A program made the translations under genes and the position numbers. From Leucoraja erinacea (taxonomy: Eukaryota): a stretch of DNA of 64,000 nucleotides. The stretch is taken from positions 22,320,001 through 22,384,000 of the forward strand of contig NC_073401.1 of the NCBI RefSeq assembly GCF_028641065.1, written 5' to 3'. Each line of letters opens with the position of its first letter. Within the stretch, counting starts at the first letter, position 1. Below, in pieces: positions 31,993-45,270 of this stretch. A model generated the notes under the pieces. It saw only the letters and a list, made by a program, of their open reading frames with translations, did no database searches and had not been told where the DNA came from.

Positions 31993-34155
31993 TAACGCAT
32001 CTTCGTGTCTCTGGAGAAATATTGTTGCGGAATTGACATGACACACACATTTAAGTCGGCCTAAGAACTGGCAAGGTTCAAAGCGCCAAATGTGGACTTG
32101 TTCTACGAGAAGTTTGGGAGCGCGGTTTGAAATTAAGATGTTCAGTGTTAATAATCCCAGTGTTCACAGTGCTCTGGGACAGAATCTTATAAGGCAGTTC
32201 AACGCCTGGCGTAGACGGTTTACGTTTTGCAATAGAATAAACGTTTCAATATTTCAATGAGTCCATGGCCATGAGAATCATGCTGGAACCACTTTCTTAC
32301 TAATCGGGTAAAAATGGGGTAGATGAAACTTAAACAAATAGAGGTGTTGTAAGTAAGGAGAACATTGCGTTTTTTTACATCGGAAGATCAAGCCCATGGG
32401 GCAAAATGGTGACAAGTGACAGGAATATCGGGAATATAAAGGTGATATTGCACCTGTTGTTAAAATAGACGGTGTACGGACGCCAATTGAGACAGGTTGA
32501 TTGATTTATTAATAAGTGCAGTAGTGTGGTTAACACAAATACATTTTGGATAAACCAAAAAAGTGCAAGAGGAGTTCTCAGAGTCGATCTCGCGCCGAGG
32601 GGAGGAAGGGCCGTTAAGCAGACTGACTGCGGGAGGGAGTGCACTACCCTGACGGTGAAGAGGGCCGATGAAGTACCTGCAACGCTCCCAGGGCAGCGAA
32701 CCTTCATGGTCAGGTCAAGAACCCTGCATTAACAACAACTGGGATATGAAAATGGCGCCAAATCTGGCGACTCTATATACTGTCTCAGTGTAACACCACG
32801 ATACACTTTTACTGTATTTGAGATGTTTATCTAAGATGTATTTAAGTGCTTATGTATCGTGATACTTGTACTGAACTGTAAACACAAATGAATTACTCTA
32901 TACCATGGTAGATGTGAGAATAACGCACCATTGAACCATTCATAAAAACTCTACGTATTTCTTTGAAGATGGACGTAAAAAGCTGATCAGGCAGCATCTC
33001 TGGAGAAAATTAGTAGGTGACCATTGTGATCTGAAGCGTCTCGACCCGAAACGTCAGCTATTCCTTTTATCCAGAGATGCTGCCTGACCCGAATAAATTA
33101 CTAAAACTGTTTATGTCTAACTTCGGTTTAAACCGGCATCTGCAGTTCCTTCCAACACACTACGTGTTTCTTTAATCTGCAACCGGGCAGTGTATTTCAA
33201 TTGGGCTGCAGAAGATTATCTGAGAGTTTCGAAGAAAGAGAGGAGAACTCATTGAAAATAAATACTTACTGTGAGAGGGATGAAGAAGATAACCCTGGTT
33301 TTGGGGACTTAATATAATTCTGGATTTGGCTATGTAGGGGTGAGATAAAGTGGAATGTCTTCGTGAAGAAGTTTGTGCATCATTGGAATCCTCTCTGTTG
33401 GGTGGCTTTGAATGTACGGTCATTGGAACAATTCATATCTGATCGTCTGATATTGATGGATAGTTGGACACAAGAGGAACAGATGGAAATGCCAAGACCA
33501 GGAAGATTCAATCTTTGCTGTTTCCACAGCGGGGATTGTGATGGGACATGGCATGATAACGACAGCTTAAGCGCAATTGAAATACAAATCCCGTCATCGG
33601 TTAATGTCAATGTCTTCGGTGATAAAGGATGGAGGTGCGGTGCATAGTGTGGATAGAGTAAAGTGGAGGTGGGAACAAACCATCAGTTTTACAGAATCTT
33701 GCTGATTTGTTGGGAATTAATGGCGTTTCCGGTAAATGTCCAGGCATACACATATCTTGCCTTTATTTACAGTATGTAACGGTGAGCCTTACGAACGAAA
33801 ACATATTTAACAAATCCTTTAAACCATGAAGGCGTGGGGTTGCTAGGGACATTTTTTTTTTTTTTTTACCAAAAGAACAACCTGAAACATCAAATCAATT
33901 TCTTACTTCAGGCCGCCTCGCCTGCCGAGAATTTTCGGCCAATTTTGGGGATTCTTATTGGAGTTGAGATCACGTTTGTCATGGTTGGTTTAGAACGCAT
34001 TGTATAACTTGACGAGTGGCACAAACTCACTACTGTTCTCCGATTGTAATTCGAGATCGAGATTGAGGGAAAATAAATCAGCGTTTCTTGCTCAAATGTA
34101 GAAGACAACACATTCCATATTAAGTCGTCATGTTTGGGGTCAGAAATAAATCAAG

Positions 34156-34565
34156 CATAAGGTGCAATAGTAATTTAAAATATAAATGGTACCAGGATCT
34201 GGTAATGGGGGGTATAAAATAATTTTTAAATAAAAACACGGTTGGTATATCCTTTTTTGCGGAGTATTGTGTTACAATAGAGCGATTGTTTTTCCTTTTT
34301 TTAAAAAATAGTTTCTTTCTAGGGTCTTATTTCCTTTCTTTACTTCCTCTCTAATTTCTTCCCTAAGGGGCTTTCTTCTCCCAACACTTTCCTGCACCTT
34401 CACGATTCTTGCTCACTTTCCTTACTTCTTTTATTTCTACCTTTTATAAAGCTCGAAAAACGAAGTGGTACAACAAAATGTAATAAGATTTATGTGAAGT
34501 GTATTAATGTAATTTACTGTACTTCTAATAAAAATTAAAAAAAAAAAATTAAATAAATAAATATC
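34156..34565 (+). mobile_element. 5'-truncated poly(A)-tailed retroposon insertion with 11-bp TSD
   Basis: AATAAATCAAG at 34145-34155 and 34566-34576; AATAAA plus an A-rich tail. Absent from the paralogous c1 and c2 flanks. Confidence 0.75.
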
Positions 34566-34860
34566 AATAAATCAAGGAGAACGAGCAATGCATTTGACAA
34601 TAGTTTTAAAACTTTACTCAACGTCTGCAAAGAATACCTTGGGTACAATAGCAACATACATGCATTTAGTTAACGCAATTGAATCGACGATGCTTTATTC
34701 AACAAAGATGTTCTTTCGAAAGAAGTACATTTAAAGCGAACAAGTAATAAAAATCAAGGTTTCAACTATAAATGGCATTTCTTTATGAAAATTCCGAAAG
34801 ACAAAGACTAACTTTGTCACATGGAAGAACCCAATGGTGAGTCAGCTCACGTTTCCAACA

Positions 34861-35183
34861 TCAGGTACAGCTGGATCTCATGATATTTGTCTTAAGTGGG
34901 TTTGCCTGAGCCTGGTGTGTAACCACACAAGAGTAAAGGTCGTGTAAGTTCCAGTCTGAGGCTGTCAGAGTCAGGTAACTGCTGAGACTGAACGTGTTGT
35001 CCTTATCCTGCTGGATCGGGCTGGTCTCAACGTCGCTATTTCTTGCACTGTCGTCGACTGTCCATTCAACGGCCACCGAGCCCGGATTAAAGCCGTTCAC
35101 CAAACACACCAGGGTGGCTGTGCCCTTTGAGGTAACTTCATCGGCTGAAGGCGGCAGGACCGTCACGATCGGTGCCCGGGGAT
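34861..35183 (-). CDS. IGL: Ig light chain c3 constant exon
   Basis: CAG acceptor; DPRAPIVTVLPPS..MRSSCT-stop. Confidence 0.95.
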
Positions 35184-36397
35184 CTGTTTAATAAGAAGTC
35201 ACATTTAATTGGAGAAATGCTGTCGTTGGGATATCATTATTTGCCGAAAATACATCTCATTAAAGCACTCATTTATTCATTTATAGAAATGTCGTTTTAT
35301 TCGCGACCTATTTCAAACCATTACAGTGTGTTTATTTTAATTGGGTGAACAATAAATAAAGTGCGTGAAAGCAACTAAAATAGATCCTGTCTACCCTCTG
35401 TATAAACACCGGGAAACCATCTGGGATAGATCATGGCGGCACTTTCTAATAAAACGGAATACATTACCATAACTTTTATAATGTTCATTTTACTACACAT
35501 CTCCGGCTTTACATTTATATAAATATATCAGCAGATATAAAGGATTCCCGGTCGGGAAATTTATAATAACAGATTTAAACTTATTTAATTGTCGGCACCC
35601 TTTGAGATGGAGGGTGACGTTATTTAAGTTATGCAAAAATATATGGAATCTAGTCTTCGAAAGCCACGGTTGCCGATTGGTAGATGTCGTTCACAAGCAA
35701 GGATGACATTGTAGTTCGAATGTTCATTTAAATTTGAAATACACGGCTGCGTCCACGAAAAGCTGCTCTACGTATTAAACACAATTTCTGAAGGAAATGT
35801 GAGAAACTTTCTCTTCGCATTTCGCATTTTGATATCCTTGTTAAACCCGCCAACCGGAATTTTGACCGTGTTGAATATTAACGTTGGTGAACCCACGTTA
35901 CCCATGCAATTTCCTTTCATATCTGGACAATCACTGCGAATATTTCTGCAAGTTATTGAACGAACCCTATTCCATGCAACTTCAGTTCTACATCAACCCT
36001 CATCTAATTGACGATTTAAAAATCCGGGAAAAATGATACCATTCGCATTGGGCAGTACGCGTCATTATTAGACGGCGGAAAATTGGAAAATGGAAGATTT
36101 GCATCACATTTTCGAGTGCATTAAATTCATGGCGCGGCGTTAAGTAATTCTGTGAATTGTAAAAATATATATTGTTTGGAATCGCAGCTGCGCGATTTCT
36201 AATCTAATATTGACGCTGTAAGGGTTAGTCTTGCTCCGGTCATGGTTGTTTTGAAATGCTTTGAAGGAATGTGGCTCTGATCAGTGAAAACAATTATATA
36301 CATTATTTTAGTCGCGTATATACATTATTTTCAAGCAATATCTGCATTAAAATAAAAAATAAAACAGCGCGCTGTCCGAAGAATATATTTTACTTAC

Positions 36398-36739
36398 CGC
36401 CAATACCCAGCCTCGTTCCTTTACCGAAATGTAAACCACTATCCCATTTGGCACAGTAATAGTCAGCAGCATCCACCGATTGAACGCTAGATATTGCGAA
36501 TGTTACAGAGCTGCCTGACGCCGAGATGGAAAAACGGTCTGGAATGTCCGTGCCTTTATAAATGCTGCCGGAATAATACCAGAAAAGATACTTGGGACTT
36601 TTGCCAGGAATCTGTTGGTACCACGAGACATCGTTAGCGCCTGAACTGCTACCCGATATGGTGCAGGGTATTTGAATGTTCTGTCCCGTAGAGGTGGACA
36701 TCGAAGGCGGCTGAGTTACTGTAACTGCCGCACTTATGT
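36398..36739 (-). CDS. IGL: Ig light chain c3 germline-joined VJ exon
   Basis: CAG acceptor; VTQPPS..WYQQ..DYYC-AKWDSGLH-FGKGTRL; GTAAGT donor. Confidence 0.95.
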
Positions 36740-36856
36740 CTGAGATAAGAGAAATATCAGGAAAAAAAATTGTTAATTTTGTTGAAGTGTGGGAGATAAT
36801 CCCAAATTAATGGTGAACAGAAATAAGTATAATATCCAGGAAAGTAAAATACTCAC

Positions 36857-36905
36857 AAACTGCGCAAAACACCAACGCACCGACCACACGGATCCAATAA
36901 GACAT
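36857..36905 (-). CDS. IGL: Ig light chain c3 leader exon (MSYWIRVVGALVFCAV)
   Basis: Same leader as c1; GTGAGT donor. Confidence 0.9.
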
Positions 36906-36979
36906 GTTCATTAACCGACTGAGCTCCGATGGGGCGGCAGTTTCCAGGACAAGTGGCGTGTAATCTTGCTCTCTGGCTC

Positions 36980-37070
36980 TCTTTATAAATGGGATGACGA
37001 TATGTCACCGTGTGTTTAATTATCCAAACCAATCAAACCGGTATGCTCGTCGAAGCCAATCAGAAATTGC
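36980..37070 (-). promoter_or_regulatory. c3 promoter
   Basis: Near-identical to the c1 promoter. Confidence 0.6.
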
Positions 37071-38545
37071 CAGATTCTTCCTCAAAATATTCGCCACTGT
37101 GAAACACGCAGGTCTTATTTTAGAGACTTGTGTTTCTAAAAAGCTTCATACATCCAGCAGAATGAAAAGGATTGTCACAGTTGTCCCTTCTTTATAAACA
37201 AACAATCTATAATGTTCTGTATGAACCCTCCGCATATATACACTAAACAGATTGCGGGTTTTAAATATTATATTCGGTAACTGTTTAATCAACAATGAAA
37301 ACGGAATAGAAATATTTTATTTAAACGGACCAGCTGAATCCGTATCGCTGATTTCCTTCGCTCCCTCACTCGCTGAGTTTCTCCAGCATTTTTGTCTACC
37401 TCCGTATCGCTGAACATAACATGATCACAGTCACAGCATTAGCATTGTTTCTTTTTTTAATTAAAAAGCACATTGAATCTATATTTAGATATCTTTGTCA
37501 TTTTAGAAATGATAAACCCCACAGGCTGCCCTTCTACTTGTGTATCAGATCATTTAGAAAGGACCTGGGGAGACAGAACATCACGGACATTAGATGTCCG
37601 TAAATTTGCAGTTTTGGAGGCTATTTTGACTACCCGATGTGTGTCGTGCTTGGAAAAGCGGTCTGTGATACTCTCGTATTGTAATGCGCAGTAATTCACG
37701 AAACTTGCCTCGACTCAAAGTGGAAAGGTTGCCTGTACCAAATTAATGCATGTATGAGTGAAGTAAAAGGGGTCATATTGGCTCTCACCGACCACTTCCA
37801 GAGTTCTTTCGACTTTGTAGTACGACAGGACGACAGGAATTCTACACACAGCACATCCATATTCAATTAAAGTTGTATAGAACACGGGCACTCCAGCTAT
37901 CTGGCAAAACTGACAAGGGACAAACGTGAAGAGCGGTTTACGGGAAATAGCGTGTGAGAAAAAGAATTACCATGAATAATTGTCCTTAAAGTGTAATTAA
38001 ACTAGATTAGTTTAGCAGTGAACATGACTGGTCAGCGATCCATTAACTTAACCGTTCATCCTTTCACCACTACGTTTTCCCCATGACCTGCCTGGGATTT
38101 CCCAGGTAGCTCCGGTTTCCTCCCACACCACAAAGACAGATTGGTAGGTTCATTGGCTTGGTAAAATCATATATTGTCCCTAAAGTGTGTAGGATAATGT
38201 TAATGTGCGGGGACTGTTGATCAGTGGGTAGAAGGGCCTGTTTAGGCGCTGTATCTCCAAATTAAACTAAAGTGACTTCAATGTGTACCATCTACAGAAT
38301 GAGCTGTAATTGCGCGCATAAGCCACTCTGAACGTTGGCATGTCACTACGACTAGCAAGTTTACCTAATGTTTATTTACACTGGTCCATGCTCTCACCGC
38401 CCTCATCCTTCTCTCACTGCTGCATGTTGTCAAGTTGCAACGTGGAATACCGTGAGAAAATGAACACGCGAAAGATTGCATTGGCTCATGGCTGCTCATT
38501 ATTACCTCCCTAAACGCCGATCCGCAGATGCTACACGATCCCCCA

Positions 38546-39460
38546 TAGAGTCAAATAGAGTCACAGAGTGTGGAAACAAGCCCTTCGGTCCATCTTTCCC
38601 ACATCGGCCAACATGTCCTATCTACAGTAGTCCAACCTGCCCCTATTGAGTCCATATCCCTCCAAATCTGTCATTTCCATGTACCGGTCTAAGTGTTTTT
38701 TAAACGTTGGGATAGTCCCTGGCACAACTACCTCCTCTGGCTGCTTGTTCCATACACCCGCAACCCTCTGTGGGAAAACGTTACCCCTCAGATTCCTATT
38801 AAATCTTTGCCCTGTCACCATAAACCTGGTCCTCGATTCACCTACTCTGGACAAGGGACTGTGCATCTACCCGATCTATTCCTCTCACGACCCTGTACAC
38901 CTCTATACGATTTCCCCTCATCTTCTTGCGCTCCAAGGAATAGAGTCCCAGCCTACTCAACCCCTCCCTATACCTCAGACCCTCTAGTCCTGGCAACATC
39001 CTCGTAAATCTTCTCTGTACCATTTCCAGCTTGTCGAAATCTTTCCTATAACATAGTGCCCAGACTGAACACAATAATCTAAATGCGGCGTCACCAACGT
39101 CTTATACATCTGCAACAAGACCTCCCAACCTCTATACTCATTACTCTGGCTGATGAAGGCCAATGTGCGAAAAGCCTTTTTGACCACCCGATCTACCGTC
39201 GACGTAGGTTCTGCCTATGTTAGAATTCCCAAAATGAAACACTTCACATTTCTCTGCATTATATTCCATCAACCATTCCACAGCCTGCCTGGCCAATTGG
39301 TCAAGATCCTGCTGCACAACCATCTCCACTATCCGCAAAACCTCCCACGTTTGTATCATCTGCAAACTTGCTAATCTTACCAAGTATGATCCCATTCAAA
39401 TCATTGATATAGATGACAATCATTAACGGGCCCAGCACCGAACCCTGAGGCACACCCCGT
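38546..39460 (-). mobile_element. CR1-type LINE 3' fragment
   Basis: VQRRFTRMLPGL and YKTLV.PHLDYC. Splits an older repeat that is intact at ~24050-24130. Confidence 0.8.
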
Positions 39461-39614
39461 GTTACTCCAGCACTTTGTGTTTTATCATGATTCCAGCATC
39501 CGCAGTTCCTTGTGTCTCTGTGTTCCCACTTTGGATGGGCAATAAATACTGCGTTCCCAAAGACTCAATCATCATACAAATGAATAACGTTGATGAATTA
39601 GATGTGTCCAAGTT

Positions 39615-40715
39615 AGATAGAAACATAGAAAATAGGTGCAGGAGGAGGCCATTTGGCCCTTTGAGCCTGCACCGCTATTCATTGTGATCATGGCTGATCA
39701 TCCACAATCAGTAACCCGTGCATGCCTTCTCCCCATAACCCTTGATTCCGCTAGCCCCGAGAGCTCTATCTAACTTTTAAATTCGTCCAGTGAATTGGCC
39801 TTTACGGCCTTCTGTGGCAGAGTATTCCACACATTCACAACTGTCTGGGTGAAAGTTTTTTTCTCCTCTCAGTTTTAAATGGCCTCCACTTTATTCTTAG
39901 ATTGTGGCCCCTGGTTCTGGGCTCCCCCATCATTAGGAACATTTTTCCTGCGACTAGCTTGTCCAGTTCTTCTATAATTTGATAAATTTCTATAATCCTC
40001 ATCCTTCTAAATTCCAGTGAATACAAGCCCAATCTTTCTAATCTTTCCTCATATGACAGTCCCGCCATCCCAGGGATTAACCTCTTGAACCTACGCTGCA
40101 CTGCCTCAATAACAAGGATGTCCTTCCTCAAATTAGGAGACCAAAACTGCACACAATACTGAAGATGTGTTCTCACCAGGTCCCTGTACAACTGCAGAAG
40201 GACCTCTTTACTCCTCTACTCAAATCCTCTCGTTATGAAGGCCAACGTGACATTAGCTTTCCTCACTGCCTGGTGTACCTGCATGTTTTATTTCAGTGAC
40301 TGGTGTACAAGGACACCCAGGTCTCACTGCAATTCCCATTTTCCTAATCTGACACCATAGAGATAATAATCTGCCTCCTTGTTCTTGCTACCAAAGTGGA
40401 TAAACGCACAATTATCTACATTATACTGCATCTGCCATGCATCTGCCCACTCACTCAACCTGTCCAAGTCGCCCTGCAACCTCCTAGCATCCTCTTCGCA
40501 GTTCCCAATGCCACCTAACTTTGTGTCATCTGCAAATTTGCTCGTGTTACTTTTAATCCCATCATCTAAATCATTAATATATATTGTAAATAGTTGCAGT
40601 CCCAGCACCGAGCCTTGCGGCACTCCACTCGCCACTGCCTACCATTCTGACAGGGACCCGTTTATTCCTACTCTTTGTTTCCTGTTTCCAAACCAATCCT
40701 CTATCCATGTCAATG
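39615..40715 (-). mobile_element. CR1-type LINE 3' fragment
   Basis: [10 protein letters not shown] and KFADDTKLGG; tail repeat. Confidence 0.85.
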
Positions 40716-41759
40716 CCATGTCAAAGATTGAGCAGAGTGCATTGATGAAGGATTGTTTAAAGTTTAACAGTCAAGAAAGTGGACACGGTGTACGAACAAA
40801 ACAGCGTTGACCCCGCTGCACTTCCAGATGTCTATTGGGATATCTCAATTTCATTCTGAGAGACATCCGAGACTAGCTCGGCCCTTGCTTTAATAACTAG
40901 CTTACTGTTACTTGAGTACAAAGAAGAACAACTAGTTTTAAAACTGAGTTTACTTTTGTTTCGAGATCAGATTTATTCATTGTATAAATGAATGTTTCGA
41001 TCCACCTCACGGAACTCATCTTCATGAGACACAGAGAAAGACTGCACATTAGATCATGACCCAGAAATGTGCAAGGACTTTCGAGTTCTCCAGACCAGCT
41101 ATAGCAAACAGGAATCTGGAAGAGGAGAAATTCATGTGACTTCTTATTATTAACCGCCGTCTCTATCAGTTCAGGCTTAACGAGCAGAAGGGAGTGAGAT
41201 TTCCTGCTTTATGAATATTTTCTCGTATTTTCTATAATAAAGATCGTGTTGGAACCAAAATAATCTATCTCCATTCCATCTCATTCCAGTTCCCCACTCA
41301 ATACCAAATTCTCAAGACTCTGATAATGCATCAAAAATAGCAAAATGGCTGTGATCACTTCCTCGCCACATGTCGTGATGACCTCAGCTCCGAAAACGTT
41401 CAAGAAGTCCGACATTTTACAGGATTAAGTTTTTATTTTAATGACATAATCCCATCCTTTGTCTCTCTTTGCCACAAGTGCAACAAGCCCACAGTCTGTG
41501 CCGTCAACATAATCCATTCTAATCATATTGTATAGCCTCAACAAAATGGTCTCCAAGGCATTCAAGAACCAGACGCATAATTCATGTTCATAAATTCATT
41601 GTTCTAGGAGCAGAATTAGGCCATTCGGCCCATCAAGGTTGCTCCACCATTCAATAATGGCTGATCCAACTTAACCTCTCTACCCCATTCTCATGTCTTA
41701 TTTCCGTACCCCCTGTCACCCATAACCAATGAAGAATCTTCTGTCAATCTCTGGAAACT

Positions 41760-43415
41760 TTAAAATTCAAGTAAATGGAAAAGGGAGATGTGATGTGCAG
41801 CTGTATTTTCAAAAAGCAATGACAGGGATCCCACACAAGAATGTCAGCAGAGGACATTTATGAAGTAGGGCAAATCACAACTTGAGGAAATCTTCTGGAA
41901 ACAAAGAGAGGAATTATGGTATCTTTTAGAATGGAAAAGGTGACTAGTGGGTTGTCGCTGGACTTTCAAAAATCCCCATTGATTTACAATGTATATTAAC
42001 GATCAGATTAGGGATGAGTGTAACATTTCCAATTAGAGGACATGGTCAGTTGGGAGTAGGGTATGGGACTGTAGGATAAGGATAGGTGGTGGTGGCTGGC
42101 AGCAAGCAGAAGAGTATGGAATTAATGGGTCTTTTTCAGAATGGCAGGCAGTGACTAGTGGGGTGTCGCAAGGCTCAGTGCTGGATCCCCATTTATTTAC
42201 AATGTTTATTAACGATCTAGATTAAGGAATTAAAAGTAACATTTCCAAGTTCGCGGATGACACAAAGTGTGAGTTGCGAGGAGGGTGGTATGGGGCTGTA
42301 GGGTGACTTGGATAAGTGGACTGACATATGATGAAAGAATCGGACGACTGGGCTTGGATTCACTAAAATTAGGAGGATGAGAGGGTTTCTTATAGAAACA
42401 TATAAAATCCTGAAGGGATTGGACAAGCTAGAGGCCGAAATGTTTTTCACGATGTTGGGTATGAACAGAACCAGGAGTCACAGATTACCAATGAGGGTAG
42501 GCCATTTAGGACTGATATGAGGAGAATTGTTTTCACAAAGAGAGTTGTGAATCTTTGGAATTCTCTGTCAAAGAAGACAGTGGAGGCCAATTCATTGGAT
42601 TTTTTCAAGAGAGATAGATATAGCTGTTAGGGCTAACGGATTCAAGGCATTAGGCATGATCATATTGGATGGCGGTGCTAGTTCGAAGGGCCAAATGGCC
42701 TTCTACTCCACCTATTTTCTATGTTTCTATGTACAAATATTCACGCCTATCTATGGCAATTGATTCCAAAGATTCACCACCCTCTGACAAAAAACAAATC
42801 CTCCTCATCTCCTTTCTAACGATACGTCCTTTAATGCTGAGTCTATGGGCTCTGGCCCCAGACTCTCGCACCAGTGGAAACATTATCTCCACGTTTACTC
42901 TGTACAAGCCTTTCACTATTCGGTAAGTTTCAATGAGGTGTTCCTTCATCCTTCTAAACTCAAGCGAACACAAGCCCTGTGCCTTCAAGCGCTCATCACG
43001 TATTAACCCAATTAGTCCTGTGATCATTCTCGATAACCTCCTCCGGTTCCTCTCCAAAGCCAACACATATTGCTTCAGATATGGGGTCTAAAACTGCGCA
43101 TAATAACCCAAATCCAGTCTGAGCAGTTCCTTTAAAGCATTACATCCATGTTTTGTATTCTAGCCCTCTCGAAATAAATCCTAGGTTTGCATTCATATTC
43201 CTTCCTACTGATTCGACTTGCAACTTAACTTTTTGGTAATCCTGCAACAGCACTCCCAAGTCCATTTGCATCTCCGATTTGTGAATTATTTCCCCATTTA
43301 GAAAAGAGTCTGAGCCTTTATTCCTGCTTCCCAAATGCATGACTCCGCACTTTGCTGTACTGTATTCCATCTCCCGTTAGTTAGCTCACTCCCCCAATAT
43401 ATCCAAATCCTTCAT
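41760..43415. mobile_element. Degenerate CR1-type fragments (41760-42730 on +, 42745-43415 on -)
   Basis: Remnants of [16 protein letters not shown] and 3' ORF motifs. Confidence 0.7.
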
Positions 43416-43599
43416 GCAGAGCCCAGGAACTGCAGCTGCTGGTTTGCATTGGGCGCTTGGTTCAGAAGCTGCCACCTATCCCGTGTCTCCAGAGATTCTG
43501 CCTGCCCGTTGGTTTATTTCAGCATTTTGTGTTTATCTTCCGCATAATAATGTAGTTGTCTGCAATGTAACTTCTGGAGGAATTTTGGAGGATAATATC

Positions 43600-43850
43600 T
43601 GTTCCTGTCGCGACTGTGGGGCTGGGATACAAGTGCGGAACTGCTGGGTACAGATGCGACACGTGTGAGGGTCTCATTTGTGATTAAAAAAAGGGTGGAA
43701 CTCTAGTTCCCTAAAGAATTAGGACATCTCCGATGTACTTGGCTGGATCATCTCATCTTGGGAGAAAAAGCTGTGGCGACAGAGGAATTGGTAATAGGGG
43801 ATGGAGTATTTGAAAGTGCCAGAGTAAGAAGACGTGTAGGTCAGAACATG
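43600..43850 (-). mobile_element. Degenerate Penelope-like RT fragment
   Basis: Minus-strand similarity to the 61720-61960 region (YTSS..SIPY motif). Confidence 0.5.
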
Positions 43851-44014
43851 AATACCTAACTGTCCCAGACCGCTCAAAATTAACCCACGTGCAAATTGGA
43901 ATAATTCTGAGTATCCACCGTTGATTGAGAGATATTCTGATAATTAAACCGCAAAGCGTAATATTTCAGATGTAGTTTTCCAACGTTTCCTAAACTGGTC
44001 CTTTTTATAACCAG

Positions 44015-44268
44015 ATCCTAAGGTCGGTTCTGCTGCCTTCGCCGAACGAAGTCATGGTAAATGGACCCGCTACCCTGGTGTGTTCGGTGATACGCGGGGT
44101 GTAGAAATTGAGTGGACTGCAGACAAAACTGCGAGAAGGAATGGCGTTGAGACCAACCGGGTCCAGCAGGAGACGGGCAACCTTCTGGAAACTACACAAT
44201 CTGTGTGGTTGAATACGAGACTGAAGGCAAATCCCATTAAGTAAAGAATCCCGATCCATTTTATTTGA
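44015..44268 (+). pseudogene. Orphan Ig light-chain constant-exon pseudogene
   Basis: CAG|ATCCT acceptor; CTGCTGCCTTC, ACCCTGGTGTGTT, GAAATTGAGTGGACT, GTTGAGACC..CCAGCAGGAG, TGTGTGGTT..GCAAATCCC. About 70 nt shorter than the intact exons and frameshifted. Confidence 0.85.
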
Positions 44269-44694
44269 TGGTGAAAAACTTGCACGCTGAGCTGGGTAAC
44301 TTGGATCATTCATTTCTTCCAGGTGACAACAGATCGAAATGTTCCACAAAGTGGTGGGGAGCCCACGGGAGAACATAGGTAGGTGGCGTTTAGAATCGGG
44401 ACCTATCTTCTGACTGATTGTGGAGAAGGTGAAGGAGAAAGCTGGAAGAGAGGGGGGTATGACTAAGCCTGACAAAGGTTGGACAAAGGCCAAATAAGAA
44501 AAGACAATAAGTGTGATCTAAGGATAGCAGTTCGAATCAAAGATCTTAGAGCTCTAAGATCTTTGGTTCGAATCATGAAGACAGAAGAAGGAATATAACG
44601 GGAAGGGGAGGGAGAATGGGGATTAAATATGTGTCAGTACAGGTGGGGCACAAGCAGGGGGGGGGGGGGGAAGAAAGAAAAATCAAAAACAACT

Positions 44695-44696
44695 GA

Positions 44697-44727
<31 letters not shown>

Positions 44728-45270
44728 ATAGACGGATGGACAGATAAATAAATAAANNNNNNNNNNNNNNNNNNNNNNNNNNNNNNNNNNNNNNNNNNNN
44801 NNNNNNNNNNNNNNNNNNNNNNNNNNNNNNNNNNNNNNNNNNNNNNNNNNNNNNNNNNNNNNNNNNNNNNNNNNNNNNNNNNNNNNNNNNNNNNNNNNNN
44901 NNNNNNNNNNNNNNNNNNNNNNNNNNNNNNNNNNNNNNNNNNNNNNNNNNNNNNNNNNNNNNNNNNNNNNNNNNNNNNNNNNNNNNNNNNNNNNNNNNNN
45001 NNNNNNNNNNNNNNNNNNNNNNNNNNNNNNNNNNNNNNNNNNNNNNNNNNNNNNNNNNNNNNNNNNNNNNNNNNNNNNNNNNNNNNNNNNNNNNNGATGG
45101 ATAAATAGATAAATAAATAAATAGATAGGCGAGTAAATAAATAAATAAATAAAGACATAAACGAATACACGAGTAGATAAATAAATAGATAAATAAAAAT
45201 AAAAAATAGATGGGAAAATAGGCGAATATGTAAATAAATGGACGGATGGGTGGATAGATACATAAATAAA
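44695..45270. repeat. (TAAA/TAGA)n microsatellite containing an assembly gap (N 44757-45095)
   Basis: Visible directly. Confidence 0.95.
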
